64,000 bases of DNA from a virus. How positions within the stretch are numbered: position 1 is the stretch's first letter; each line of letters opens with the position of its first letter. A program made the position numbers and the translations under genes. The DNA lies in IMG/VR virus record IMGVR_UViG_3300045988_180190. One strand, given 5' to 3'. Below are positions 46,649 through 57,000 of the stretch, piece by piece. Under the pieces are notes generated by a model that saw only the letters and a program-made list of their open reading frames with translations, was not told the origin of the DNA and made no database searches.

Positions 46649-47167
46649 TTAACTAAAATTTTGTCTTTCAAATTCCTCTAGTTCAGCAAGCACTGACTCA
46701 GGAATTTTAGCTTTATTAAAATTCGTGGAAGCGGTTTTTGTAGCAGGCACAAATGATCCACTCATTATATGGTCATTTGAAATTAATGTGTCTGTTACCT
46801 TATCCAATACAGTAAATGCAAGTTTTGGAGAATTTTTTAAAGCCTCTATATTGTATTCTATATCCGAAGAATCAATAAAATTTGACCTCGCTAGTTTTTT
46901 AACTATACCAGTAAGTAGATCCTCATCAACAGATATACTTGCTTGCTTTTCTAAGTTAGACATATTAGAAATCTCAGCCTTTAGCTGCATATTTTCTGCA
47001 ACAGCTTTAGACAAAGCAGAAGAAGCATGCTTAACTGAAGACTCTAATTCTGCAATCTTTGCCTTTTGCTCAGCAATAAATTGCATTGCTTCTTGTACCA
47101 TTGATTGGCATTCAGTAGCAAATTTTTGTAACTCGGAATTATTTATAGTTTGGATGTTTTTTTCCAT
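46649..47167 (-). CDS. scaffold-like coiled-coil protein (172 aa)
   Basis: Heptad-like helical N-half (KIAELESSVKHASSALSKAVAENMQLKAEISNM). Lies between the protease and capsid genes. Confidence 0.7.
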   Translation of the reverse strand: MEKNIQTINNSELQKFATECQSMVQEAMQFIAEQKAKIAELESSVKHASSALSKAVAENMQLKAEISNMSNLEKQASISVDEDLLTGIVKKLARSNFIDSSDIEYNIEALKNSPKLAFTVLDKVTDTLISNDHIMSGSFVPATKTASTNFNKAKIPESVLAELEEFERQNFS

Positions 47168-47205
47168 CGAATTTTAAATTATTAATTATAATAAGATAAT
47201 TTTAT

Positions 47206-47245
47206 AATTATCCGCAAGATAAAAATAACATTCTTGCGGATAATT
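47206..47245. terminator. 13-bp hairpin between the two scaffold-like genes (attenuator or terminator; strand ambiguous)
   Basis: AATTATCCGCAAG (47206-47218) pairs with CTTGCGGATAATT (47233-47245). The T-run (TTTTATTTTTT) follows it on the plus strand, not on the gene-bearing minus strand. Confidence 0.4.
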
Positions 47246-47255
47246 TTTATTTTTT

Positions 47256-48776
47256 CTATCTAGCTATTTCAGCAGCCTCCTTAATGGATTCTTCGAGAAT
47301 AGCGTCGTCGTCAAAATCATCATCCTCGTCATCGTCTTCGTCGTCCTCATCATCTTCATCTTCTGATTCAGAAACTTCTACAACGTGACCATCAGGATCA
47401 TCATTTGCCACAGCGTCTAAAATCAATGCAAGCTTTGCGGAATCATCATCGGTCAACTCTCCGGATTCCACCGCTTCTTCAATCTCTCTTACTATATCAT
47501 CAAGAGACAGCTCTACATCTGCAGTATTCTCCTCTGCAACTTTTGTTGCATATGCTAACTTAATATATTTCTGTGCTAAATCTGCATATTTAGCTGCTGC
47601 TTGTTTAGAGAGCGGTTCGACCACGGTCTGATCTGCTATAGCGTTTGCTTGTGGCTCAGGCACACCTGCTTGTGGGGCTATCGGAGCGGGTGGGACTGCT
47701 GCGGCTTCAGGTGCTGCTGCGCCTTCCTCACTCATAAGGTTCATTACTAATTCCTCCGCAACACGTGGGTCTATTAATCCCTGTTGCACAGCTTGCTCCA
47801 AGAACATTTGTGCCTCTTCGGGTGATAAGAGACTATCATTATCCGTCTGCGCTGCTTCAACTGCCATCTGAGCTAAAATCTGCGCCTGTTCTTGTGTGAT
47901 CTCATTGCTAGCAACCATCTCATCAAGTGCTGTTCCGAATGCGTCTAATCCCTCTATTGTCGGATCCCCTTCTTCTACTGCTGCAGAATCATTAATGTCC
48001 TGAGCATCTAAAGCTCCTTGGGCATAGGCATGTTTTAAAAATTCTTGGTCTCCAAACTGTTCCATATTCTGCCTATGTATCTCAGATGCTCTAAAGTACT
48101 GTGACGCAAGTTTAAATTGTTGCTTTTGTTCTTTCTTTGGGAGTCTGCTTATTGCAGTTAACATTGCAAGACTAGCTAATTTAAGCTGCTGTTCCTCAAG
48201 TTCTGAAGCATACTGTAACTCTTCGAATTGTTGAACTTGTTCGGCGGCATATTTAATTTCATTGAGAGTTGCTAGCTGCATCTGTTTTCCCTTTTCTGAG
48301 TCAATAGCTCTTTGCAGGGCAATCCTTCCTTCCTCTGTGTCAGTAAGAACGCTAGCTACTTTAGCAATAACGTCATAGCTTAAAACTATATCATTTGCAA
48401 TATTGTCGGGGGTAGCAGCAGTTTTTTCTGTTGTAGCTTTCTCCGAAGGTTGAGTATTAATGTTTGCGAACTCTAAAAGTTTCTTTGTAGTATTGGCAGC
48501 TTTCTCGACAATTTTCTTTTCTTTTTCTTCCAATCCACTCCCACCAGATTTAGGGGACATATCAGAAGGCTGAGCTGCGTTTGTTTGGTCGTTCTGCAGT
48601 TGTTCCTTAGGATTTTGTCCAGGGGTGGGATCCACCGTTGACTTTGTGCAAGTAGGTTGAGGGGCTTCTTCGTTCGGGTCTGCAGGTTCCGCAGATTCAG
48701 AAGCGTATTTAGAAGCCTGATTTAATTTATCCATAAGCGCCTTTAAGTTAGCTCTCTTAATAGAATTTTGTTTCAT
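47256..48776 (-). CDS. acidic helical head protein, scaffold/internal-protein-like (506 aa)
   Basis: Gln/Glu/Ala-rich helical sequence with an extreme acidic tail, SESEDEDDEDDEDDDEDDDFDDD. Confidence 0.75.
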   Translation of the reverse strand: MKQNSIKRANLKALMDKLNQASKYASESAEPADPNEEAPQPTCTKSTVDPTPGQNPKEQLQNDQTNAAQPSDMSPKSGGSGLEEKEKKIVEKAANTTKKLLEFANINTQPSEKATTEKTAATPDNIANDIVLSYDVIAKVASVLTDTEEGRIALQRAIDSEKGKQMQLATLNEIKYAAEQVQQFEELQYASELEEQQLKLASLAMLTAISRLPKKEQKQQFKLASQYFRASEIHRQNMEQFGDQEFLKHAYAQGALDAQDINDSAAVEEGDPTIEGLDAFGTALDEMVASNEITQEQAQILAQMAVEAAQTDNDSLLSPEEAQMFLEQAVQQGLIDPRVAEELVMNLMSEEGAAAPEAAAVPPAPIAPQAGVPEPQANAIADQTVVEPLSKQAAAKYADLAQKYIKLAYATKVAEENTADVELSLDDIVREIEEAVESGELTDDDSAKLALILDAVANDDPDGHVVEVSESEDEDDEDDEDDDEDDDFDDDAILEESIKEAAEIAR

Positions 48777-48983
48777 GATTTTAATATATGAATTAATGAC
48801 ATTAATTTATTTTTGACAAAATATTCGTTGGGACGAATACTCATTTAGGTTTTTCCTAAACGATTCCCGCTTCCATAAGGGTGTCTATAAAATTTTTAGT
48901 TTTATAAACCTCACTCCCTCTCCACGAGCGATCACGGCATGTCTTACCGCTAAAATATGTGTTTGATTGTTGAAGATTATAAT

Positions 48984-50624
48984 TTAAATTGCAATACAAT
49001 TTTGAGAAATTGCATCAATTAATACAACTTCTGGCAAGTTTCCGTCATAATGATAGCTTGATATATCTTGTAAAGCAGCTAATTTATAGAAAGCATAAGT
49101 AAATGCCAATTGTTCTGCAATACGCTTATCCTCCTTGCTCAATTCTATTTCTGGATTTAAAGATGCGGTCTTTAATTTAAAAAACTTACCGCAATCCTCT
49201 TTGCGCTCTACGTCAGAAGGCACTCCACCATGAATAATTGTAATTTGTATTATCCTCGGTTGCTTTTTTTCTTCTTTATAAGATAATTTATCTTCTATCT
49301 CATCCATAATTTTTTGGACGGGATCCGTGTTGTTCAGATCGTACATAGCCTCGATAGGATCTCCTGCCTGAAATAAGTCTTCAATACCATCTCCGCAAGG
49401 CATACAACCCCCGGACTCTATAATATCTTTTACTTCTGAAAAAACAGTTGGTATAATAGCTATTTCCGCGTATTTAACTATGTTATCCTTCTGAATCTCA
49501 CTGGCAAATTTTGGGTTGCCATCAAATATTAAATCTACAAATGGTCGGAAAGACAATATGCTAGCTCTCTTCTGAAGCTCGTAAAACAAAGTTTCAGGTC
49601 TCAAATTTTTTAACTCGCTTATATTCTGCTTTGACAAGGTATAATCCTTTTCAAAATTTATATACTTTGCGTTTTTAATATAGATTGACCTTGGGTCTGT
49701 TACTTTATCTGATGAGGCATTGATATCAATAAATTCTTTTTCCAAAGAAGCTAACTTTTTTAGAATATCCGATTTTTGTGAATCGTTAAAATAACTATCA
49801 ATATCACCCCTCTGACGTTCAATACTGGAACCAAACTTTAATAAATCATAACCTAATATCTCAGGGAGTAAGACTGATGGAATGCAGGAGTCATTCTCCC
49901 TAGCAGATTTTAATATAGCGTCCTTATTGGCGTCATTAAATCTATATTCCAGATAATCGGCTATTCTATCTGCAGGTTTCGCTACGATAGATAAGTCAAA
50001 AAAGGTAGGTGTATCATTATGGACATATGCCCATTTATTCACAGGCTTTCCATCCCATTCTTTTATATATTTTCCAGCGAATCTCTTCATCCATGGTTCA
50101 TATTCAGAAGAATTTTTGCAAAGTTTACCAGATATGTTATCTCTATCATGGGGCACACTGCATCCCATACTGCTACTCAATGGCTTTCCACTCAGTGCAG
50201 TTTCATATTCTTGCGCAGCCTTTTTAATGTTTGCCCATGCTACCACCTCTATCCTGTGCATGTCATTATTATAAGCTGCAGCTTTTATGATGCCGATTCT
50301 ATTCTTGGGTGAAGAGGAATTATGTTCTCTAAATAAATTAGCATTGGTTTCAAAAGTCTTATAGTATTTCTCATTAGCTTTCTTTGGGAAACCATCTGCG
50401 TTTTTATTAAATCCATAAGTTTCATCATCACCAATAGCTGTAATGTGTATAAGAAAATGATCTTTGTCAGGTTTGCAATCCTCTAATAGTTGTCTAGATA
50501 TTGCACTAGAAGAAGCCTTCTTAATATTCGTATAGAAGTTAGTGTCTCGAATTACCGAGACCATAACTCCGTCAAGCGATGAAAAAAGCTCAGAATTTGA
50601 GTCAGGGTATACTAACTTTTTCAT
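48984..50624 (-). CDS. prohead protease-like protein with a long C-terminal extension (546 aa)
   Basis: The N-terminal 200 aa fit the HK97-type prohead serine protease pattern: HITAIGDDETYGFNKNADGF...LFREHN...RIGIIKAAAYNNDMHRIEVV...SSSMGCSV. Synteny supports this. The extra approximately 330 aa may be scaffold-like. Confidence 0.7.
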   Translation of the reverse strand: MKKLVYPDSNSELFSSLDGVMVSVIRDTNFYTNIKKASSSAISRQLLEDCKPDKDHFLIHITAIGDDETYGFNKNADGFPKKANEKYYKTFETNANLFREHNSSSPKNRIGIIKAAAYNNDMHRIEVVAWANIKKAAQEYETALSGKPLSSSMGCSVPHDRDNISGKLCKNSSEYEPWMKRFAGKYIKEWDGKPVNKWAYVHNDTPTFFDLSIVAKPADRIADYLEYRFNDANKDAILKSARENDSCIPSVLLPEILGYDLLKFGSSIERQRGDIDSYFNDSQKSDILKKLASLEKEFIDINASSDKVTDPRSIYIKNAKYINFEKDYTLSKQNISELKNLRPETLFYELQKRASILSFRPFVDLIFDGNPKFASEIQKDNIVKYAEIAIIPTVFSEVKDIIESGGCMPCGDGIEDLFQAGDPIEAMYDLNNTDPVQKIMDEIEDKLSYKEEKKQPRIIQITIIHGGVPSDVERKEDCGKFFKLKTASLNPEIELSKEDKRIAEQLAFTYAFYKLAALQDISSYHYDGNLPEVVLIDAISQNCIAI

Positions 50625-50626
50625 AA

Positions 50627-51355
50627 CTAATCTATATTTAATTCCTGCTTTAAGTTATCCCATAACCTCATTCCAGTTAGTCCACCTAGACCAGCAACTG
50701 CTAGACTTGGACTTCTGCGCACAAGCCCATTAATCACTTTATCCGTAGACTTTGGGGCATAAGCCTTGACTTTTGTAAGCAAGTTAGTTAGTTTCTCTGC
50801 AGCTTTGGGTGACTTAGCTTCTATAAAAGATGGTACTTTGAGCTTAGCTAAAACATTAGGGGAACTCTTTTCAAAGGGATTTTTTAGATTAAATCTATTT
50901 GATACATAAGCACCTACACGCTCTCCTGCAAGTGCTCCGCCTCCTCCGGATAGAACCGTACCCCAAGTTGGTATAACTGCATCCAACATTCCGGGATCAT
51001 TCATATCCTTTACAGTGTCTGCTACGTCATCATAATTAACTGGTTTATTATCTTCTAATAATTTTTCAGTTGCAGTAAATGACTCTGGAGAAGTATTCCA
51101 AAGGGTTGAAGCCCCTATTAAACCTGCGGAACCAAGAGCCGCAGCTAATGTAGGCAATAGTGTAGATCTAATTATGCGTTTGCGCCTTGCGGAAGGACTT
51201 TCACCTACACGGCGCTTATTGCTTGCAATATATGCCGCTATACCTCCAGTTCCAATAGTTGCGACTAGAGCGGGTATTAAGTATCTAGATAATGCTTGCT
51301 TACCGTTAGCTCTGAACTCCGGATTATTAACTATAGTTTCTAATAAATTTGGCAT
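50627..51355 (-). CDS. Gly-zipper / multi-helix hydrophobic protein in the head module (242 aa)
   Basis: Four Gly/Ala-rich hydrophobic segments (IPALVATIGTGGIAAYIA; LLPTLAAALGSAGLIGA; WGTVLSGGGGALAG; LAVAGLGGLTG). Confidence 0.7.
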   Translation of the reverse strand: MPNLLETIVNNPEFRANGKQALSRYLIPALVATIGTGGIAAYIASNKRRVGESPSARRKRIIRSTLLPTLAAALGSAGLIGASTLWNTSPESFTATEKLLEDNKPVNYDDVADTVKDMNDPGMLDAVIPTWGTVLSGGGGALAGERVGAYVSNRFNLKNPFEKSSPNVLAKLKVPSFIEAKSPKAAEKLTNLLTKVKAYAPKSTDKVINGLVRRSPSLAVAGLGGLTGMRLWDNLKQELNID

Positions 51356-51359
51356 AAAA

Positions 51360-53468
51360 TTATCCTTGTTTATTCTTACTTATACTATCTAGTAGTTTTA
51401 CAGTATTAAGATCCATTCCACCAAGTTCTGCGCCTTGACGTAAAAATGTTTTTAAAACTGTCTTATTCTTAGTGATATCAGGCATAAAGTCTTTTGCAGC
51501 TTGAAGCATATCAGCCAATTCACGTTTCTGATTAAAGTTTAATTTTGATAACACTGGGTCTGTAATCATTAAGTCGTTGAAGAACTCAGAGGATTTCACT
51601 TTGTTTATCTCATCTATAAGCTTCCCCTCAGTAGGATTAACTGTAGGTTTACTTGAGCTCCATTCCTTATATAGGAACTTATATGGATTTTTGGCCATAC
51701 TAACCGCCACTCCTAGTGCTTTTTCTGCATCAAATGGTGGAAGTTTAGGAAGTGGTGACCCCATAGGTGTCCTTCTAGGAGACGGTTTTTTTGGGGGGTG
51801 TTTTTTTGGGGAAGGATTTGGGTTTTTCTTAGGATCTCCTGGAGAACCGGTATCGGGAGTTGGGGGTAGGGGTGGTGTTGGCGGAGGTGGTGTTGTAAAC
51901 CCGTCTACTGTCCAGGTGTCGGCAGAAGGTAGCATCTGTGGTTGATCTACTTTGGCAAGATCAGTGGAGTGTGGCTCATGGACTAAGCTTCTTGAGTCGT
52001 CCGAAACCGCTGGGAGGTAAAATTCCTCTGGAGAATTTTCTGTATTCTCTGAATTCTCATCTGAGGTGTTTGTATCATCAGAATCACCATTGTGAATATT
52101 TGGGTCTACGTCGTCGTCTGGAATGTTGGGATCGTTTGACTCAATGCCCTGTGATCCAGAAGTATTCGTATTTTTTTCTAGATCTTTTTTTGTCTGATAA
52201 AATTCATTTATGTAATATTTAGGATTACTTTCTTGTAGATAGTCAACCACATAGTCTGGAGCTTCTTTTACAAACTCATTCCAATTACTATCTCCTACTT
52301 CTGGAAGATTCCGCTTGTATTCACCATCCTCAAGTGTTAAATAACCATGCAGTATTAGCCATAAATCCGCTAGATTATCTCGAGTTAAGCCATCTGGAGT
52401 TAAGTCATATGGGTCATTCGAGTCGGTTAGCTTATCGTCTTTGTGGTTTGCATCATCTTCCGAGCCTCCTGACGAACTTGCCGAAGCAAATTTTTGCTGT
52501 AGGGCTGAAGCTACAACACCTAAGTTCGAAAAATTAGTAAAATAGTCTAACAACGAGTTAGCCAAGTCATAAGGCTCATCGGGAGCTAAAAAACTTGCTA
52601 TCTTATGCCTCTCACCCCAAGTATTAGGAAGTTGCTCAGTGAGTATATACTCCCCTAATCCATAAGAATCCGAAAGTACTGACGCTAATTTTACTGCTGC
52701 GTCGTCGAATGTTGTAGATTGAATGTCAAATAAATCTCTTGTATCTTGAACAATCTCAAAGAATTCTTTGTCCCTCAACAGGTTTTGCGGGTTAAAAAAT
52801 TTAGCAAATTTCTTTTCTATGGAACTTAAATTATACCTAAGCTCCTCTTCCAAATCCAGGTAGTCTTGTGTGTCAAATTCCCAATCAGCTACTGTGCTAG
52901 AAGCTATTTTTTGGGTGTATTCTCCATCTACAAGATTATTGTATTGTATAATCTCTGCCTCTGATATTGGATTTGGCTTATACTCATCTTCATATAATTC
53001 GGTAAAGTCGCCTTCAGCCATATGAGAAGACTTGTCGCTCGCAGCCTTACGCATATCTTCTACGTCAAATTCAAAAAATTGGTCATCGCCATTATGTATG
53101 GAATCCTCTAAGAATTTATGCATCGATAAGACATTGGGCATTGAAACCTCAGCATATTTCTTCAAAAGAGATTCTGTGTCTATGGTGCTAAAACTTCTAC
53201 CTCTATCGGACGCAGTTTTAGAAGACGCATAAATACTTTGAGTTTTAAGCGTATTAATAGCTTTTGCTACTGCCCCCAACATTTCAGGAGACATATCATG
53301 TTCTCTTGCAAAATGCAAAAGCTCTTCCTCTGGATGAGAAGCTTTCTTCATTAAAGGAACAAGCTGTTTAACATGTTCGATAACAATTTGTCTATCTAAT
53401 ATTTTTGGATCCATGTCTAAATAACTATACTTTTTATTGGCATTTTGGAAATAATATCCAAAGTCCAA
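51360..53468 (-). CDS. large head-module protein with a Pro-rich basic segment (up to 702 aa; start uncertain)
   Basis: The track start at 53468 is TTG. The first ATG is at 53414 (MDPKILD). Contains TTPPPPTPPLPPTPDTGSPGDPKKNPNPSPKKHPPKKPSPRRTP. Confidence 0.7.
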   Translation of the reverse strand: MDFGYYFQNANKKYSYLDMDPKILDRQIVIEHVKQLVPLMKKASHPEEELLHFAREHDMSPEMLGAVAKAINTLKTQSIYASSKTASDRGRSFSTIDTESLLKKYAEVSMPNVLSMHKFLEDSIHNGDDQFFEFDVEDMRKAASDKSSHMAEGDFTELYEDEYKPNPISEAEIIQYNNLVDGEYTQKIASSTVADWEFDTQDYLDLEEELRYNLSSIEKKFAKFFNPQNLLRDKEFFEIVQDTRDLFDIQSTTFDDAAVKLASVLSDSYGLGEYILTEQLPNTWGERHKIASFLAPDEPYDLANSLLDYFTNFSNLGVVASALQQKFASASSSGGSEDDANHKDDKLTDSNDPYDLTPDGLTRDNLADLWLILHGYLTLEDGEYKRNLPEVGDSNWNEFVKEAPDYVVDYLQESNPKYYINEFYQTKKDLEKNTNTSGSQGIESNDPNIPDDDVDPNIHNGDSDDTNTSDENSENTENSPEEFYLPAVSDDSRSLVHEPHSTDLAKVDQPQMLPSADTWTVDGFTTPPPPTPPLPPTPDTGSPGDPKKNPNPSPKKHPPKKPSPRRTPMGSPLPKLPPFDAEKALGVAVSMAKNPYKFLYKEWSSSKPTVNPTEGKLIDEINKVKSSEFFNDLMITDPVLSKLNFNQKRELADMLQAAKDFMPDITKNKTVLKTFLRQGAELGGMDLNTVKLLDSISKNKQG

Positions 53469-53546
53469 GCAAATTAATTTACTTCTTTTGATACCCTCTC
53501 AAAAAAACATTTAAATTGCAATAAAATTTAACAAACAAAAATCAAT

Positions 53547-54449
53547 TTAACTTTTAGAACTTTCATATTTGGACATCTCAAGTTCCGTTATCGCGTCCAA
53601 TTTCTCTTGTATCTCTGGTCCTTTTATATCATGTATAGCATCCCATATTGACTCCCCAAGAGATCCAAGTCCTTCTGTGTCTGCATTTGCAGTGTCGGTT
53701 CCTCCTTGTTTTGCAGCAATTAATAGCCCCTTTGCGGAAGAAATGCTGTTGTGTCTTTGGTTTATATATCCATTGCGTACTAAGAAATGGGCATTAGCCA
53801 TTATTGCAGCCTCGAGCTGAGAAGCAGATACAGCTGCGAACTTTTCGTTTAATACATTATTAGCCATTTTTAACCCAGCAAAATAAGCAGCGTCCTCTAA
53901 TCCATTATTATACGCGGACCTTAAGATTAATGTACCAAATGATTCTGTTTTAGCGTAGTTATCATCCATTTCCACAAGTCTAGTTTGCGGATACACATGG
54001 TTAGCTATGAACAAAGACTCATTTTTTCTATCTCTAATATTGTAAAATATTTGTTCATAACATCTTAATGAATCCTCACTAATACCTGTAATGGAAGATA
54101 GCTTAGAGAATGGCGTATCCGTAATAAGAAATGCCCTAATTGTTTCCTCCATTGTATGACTGGAAGGATGATGTAACCCTAATGCAAAAATTAAATAGTC
54201 ATTCGTTGCGTCACCAAACTTTTCAAAATTATATAAATCTCTTAAATAAGTTTCATGCACTGCAGAAGGTAACCTAATGTTATCCCTAATTAAAGCTTTT
54301 ATAAACCTATACCCAAATGATAAATCTTTATACGCGCACATAAACTTATTCACAGCGGTAACTTGCCGCGTGAAATTAAGCACCTCTCTAAAATAAGACG
54401 AGGTATCGGGTAAATAATCTATTAATTCTCGTATGCGCTCAAAAGTCAT
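53547..54449 (-). CDS. hypothetical head-module protein (300 aa)
   Basis: Start moved to the ATG at 54449-54447 (MTFERIR), since the track start is TTG inside a hairpin. Confidence 0.7.
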   Translation of the reverse strand: MTFERIRELIDYLPDTSSYFREVLNFTRQVTAVNKFMCAYKDLSFGYRFIKALIRDNIRLPSAVHETYLRDLYNFEKFGDATNDYLIFALGLHHPSSHTMEETIRAFLITDTPFSKLSSITGISEDSLRCYEQIFYNIRDRKNESLFIANHVYPQTRLVEMDDNYAKTESFGTLILRSAYNNGLEDAAYFAGLKMANNVLNEKFAAVSASQLEAAIMANAHFLVRNGYINQRHNSISSAKGLLIAAKQGGTDTANADTEGLGSLGESIWDAIHDIKGPEIQEKLDAITELEMSKYESSKS

Positions 54450-54460
54450 AATTATTACAA

Positions 54461-54486
54461 TTACGCCCAAGTTGTCTTGGGCGTAA
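54461..54486 (-). terminator. 11-bp hairpin after the 810-aa gene (partial terminator or RNA-stability element)
   Basis: TTACGCCCAAG (54461-54471) pairs with CTTGGGCGTAA (54476-54486) around a TTGT loop. It lies only 11 nt upstream of the next ATG, so it is unlikely to be a full stop. It shares the core TACGCCCAAG/TGGGCGTA with the capsid terminator. Confidence 0.45.
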
Positions 54487-54498
54487 AGAGGATAACTT

Positions 54499-56931
54499 TT
54501 ATATCTTATTTGTTGTATTGGTAGATATCCCCGAGGTTTTTTGGATTAAGTCCAGCGTTAATTCGGATAGCTGTCTAAAGCAAGCCAGCACTGAATTCTC
54601 TAACCCTTTGATATCGTCACTTCCATAGTATTTTACGAAGTTTTGAGGACTTATTATTATTAGGAATAACAGTCTTGCCAACTTATCCATTCCATCTCTA
54701 AGAGAAGGAAGGAAATCGTTTATATACATCTGGGCGTCAGACACCTGAGATAATACGCTTACAATACCATGTTCAAATACACTACGCTGTCCACTTCTCT
54801 GGGCAAACTCCGCAAGCATATTTGGAGTAGCTGTCTGTAAGAAGTCGCTTGGGTCTTCTCTTGATACACCTTCGGTATTAGAAGCCGCTTCCATAAGAGT
54901 TGGAGTCATCATATCACCGTATCTTGGAGCTGGAGGTGCGTAGGACGTTTCATCCGTCATCAGTGCCCTTGTTTCTGGTATTTCATATGGTATATTTAAG
55001 TCTGAGTCAAAACCCTCAAAGAAATCTGGATCTGGATTTAAAATAATTCTATCCGCAAATTTCTTAAATAGGAATTTATAATCCTCACCGCGTTTTTGGC
55101 TATCATTTGCATGCTTAATTATATAATCGGCAGTTTCTTCGGAAATATTTACATTCCCCATAAGCAACGCCATAGCACCCATTACATTTACGTTTGCAAA
55201 TTTAAATCCTGCTATGTTTAAGTTATAACTGCCATCACCATTGTAATTGACATATCCATGTCCTACGCTGGAATGCTTGACCAAAGTATTGGCATATAAA
55301 GTTGACCAGTTACCGGGAACCCAATCTGCCTGAACTATTCCGATATTATAATCACTTTTCTTAAAGGAATACAGATTATTTATATCAAAATGTTTCTTCA
55401 TATCTCCAGCGAGATCTTTGTATTCAATTGGAAGTTCTATCCAACGCACACTGGGTAAAAATACCTTTAAATCATAAATCGGATATTGAGCAGACGGATT
55501 TACTTGTATAATCTCATCTGTTCCAAACACTTGTGTTCTCCAAGGCGAGAAATCATCATATCCATATGCTGGATATGCCTTTACGGTATATCCACCTGGT
55601 GAGTCTGCGTTATCTTTTACTTCTCCAATATAAAATGCTTCATCTGATATATAGCAATATTCCGGATCCCATATGCCATAGATCTTACCTGCTTCTGGCT
55701 TGACTTTTAGAACTTTTGATAAGTCTTCCTCCTTTTTATCATTATCTTTTTCCTCTATCGCTAAAATATTCCTAAAGTTACCAATAACAGGATCATGAAA
55801 CCCTGGAGCTTTAACATTTTCATCCTCTTGATTATATAATTCTTTAGGACTGTTAATATCATGATACTGAATTATTCCTTTACGTTCCGGATCTATCGAA
55901 ACTAAAAGGGCTGGAGTTTTCCCATAATCTGAGTTTCCCACAATAGCAACACACCTAACCGTAGACCCGTCAGTAGTTAAAATATCGTAAACAGACGGAG
56001 CGTTGGTAGAAATGCCTGCCCAATTCTGATCTGGATCTGCATCATAGATCATATTAAGCTGGTCTTCATCTCGATTATCTTCAAAAGAATATCCCTTCGT
56101 AATTTGCTCGGCTGCTGTCTTAACGGCATTCTTATTAAAAATACCTTTATGTAAGACTAATAAATTTTTCGGCTTTGCTGCTTCAGATGCCTTTTTCACT
56201 TGGAGAGCCCTTGCTTCTTCAAGCACGTCCATTGGAATATAATCAGATTCGTCACAAAGCCCCACTACGTTATTTGCAAATTCTTTATCAGATTTTAAAG
56301 CCTCTGCAAGTTTGTTCCATGCGTCTATTCCAGCGGATTTTAAAAATTTGTGTAATGGGCTATAATCTACATCCTTTGACTCCACAAATGTGTTAAATAC
56401 AGAATCATACATTGAAGTAAACGAAGAAAAATCGTCTTGATCCGTATCTGATAGATTTAGTTCTGAAGCAAACTTCTTAAGTGAAGAGGTTTTATAAAGC
56501 GGTGTGGCAATACGCATCATTTCAATGTCCTGCTTCCCTTGATTTGCTAGAGACATGTCCACAGCAGTACCATCTCCACTTTCTTCATAGAGTCCTATAA
56601 AATAATTACACCAATCAGGATTAAGGTACACGAACTTCTTTTCGTCTACATTATATAAAAATTCTGTTCCCTTTACTTGCCCGTTTACATAGAATACTGG
56701 GGCATATAGAATATGTTTATTTACTCTAAATACGTAAATTCCCACCATCTTTGTGAAAGCGTCATTTGTCTTGACAATCTCAAAACCAAGATAGTAGTCA
56801 TTTGTAAAAAATGGAGAAGCCTTATCTTCCATTACGGTTGATGAAGCTCTATAAAAAGCTATTTCAGCATCTGTTTCTTTAAGAGCAGAAGACGCAGCCT
56901 TCTTGAAATCATAGTCTTTTAAGGATATCAT
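54499..56931 (-). CDS. large virion protein (810 aa); portal candidate by size and position only
   Basis: Largest ORF upstream of the protease in the head block. No portal motif recognised. Confidence 0.75.
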   Translation of the reverse strand: MISLKDYDFKKAASSALKETDAEIAFYRASSTVMEDKASPFFTNDYYLGFEIVKTNDAFTKMVGIYVFRVNKHILYAPVFYVNGQVKGTEFLYNVDEKKFVYLNPDWCNYFIGLYEESGDGTAVDMSLANQGKQDIEMMRIATPLYKTSSLKKFASELNLSDTDQDDFSSFTSMYDSVFNTFVESKDVDYSPLHKFLKSAGIDAWNKLAEALKSDKEFANNVVGLCDESDYIPMDVLEEARALQVKKASEAAKPKNLLVLHKGIFNKNAVKTAAEQITKGYSFEDNRDEDQLNMIYDADPDQNWAGISTNAPSVYDILTTDGSTVRCVAIVGNSDYGKTPALLVSIDPERKGIIQYHDINSPKELYNQEDENVKAPGFHDPVIGNFRNILAIEEKDNDKKEEDLSKVLKVKPEAGKIYGIWDPEYCYISDEAFYIGEVKDNADSPGGYTVKAYPAYGYDDFSPWRTQVFGTDEIIQVNPSAQYPIYDLKVFLPSVRWIELPIEYKDLAGDMKKHFDINNLYSFKKSDYNIGIVQADWVPGNWSTLYANTLVKHSSVGHGYVNYNGDGSYNLNIAGFKFANVNVMGAMALLMGNVNISEETADYIIKHANDSQKRGEDYKFLFKKFADRIILNPDPDFFEGFDSDLNIPYEIPETRALMTDETSYAPPAPRYGDMMTPTLMEAASNTEGVSREDPSDFLQTATPNMLAEFAQRSGQRSVFEHGIVSVLSQVSDAQMYINDFLPSLRDGMDKLARLLFLIIISPQNFVKYYGSDDIKGLENSVLACFRQLSELTLDLIQKTSGISTNTTNKI

Positions 56932-57000
56932 GTGTGTATTTAAAATTTAATGTAAAGCAAGTTTACGAGATTTTATAGTAAAAACGCAATCTTAATTTAT

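Noticed and set aside
46725-47177. 150-aa plus-strand ORF antisense to the 172-aa scaffold-like gene (similar cases: 1775-1996, 33939-34151, 34806-35337, 45161-45700, 51577-52222, 53569-53820, 56175-56396)
   Set aside because: These are antisense shadows of well-supported minus-strand genes in a block where every junction is tight on the minus strand.
48777-48983. tRNA or other classical RNA gene in the long spacers (also 38719-38864 and 2478-2647)
   Set aside because: No cloverleaf can be drawn, and there is no GTTCGAATC-type T-loop or conserved D-loop. No CRISPR-like regularly spaced repeats occur anywhere in the window.
54499-56931. Firm portal assignment for the 810-aa protein, and firm terminase assignment for the 3-218 fragment
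   Set aside because: These rest on position, size or a single short motif, with no portal or terminase signature that I can verify by eye. They are reported only as low-confidence possibilities.
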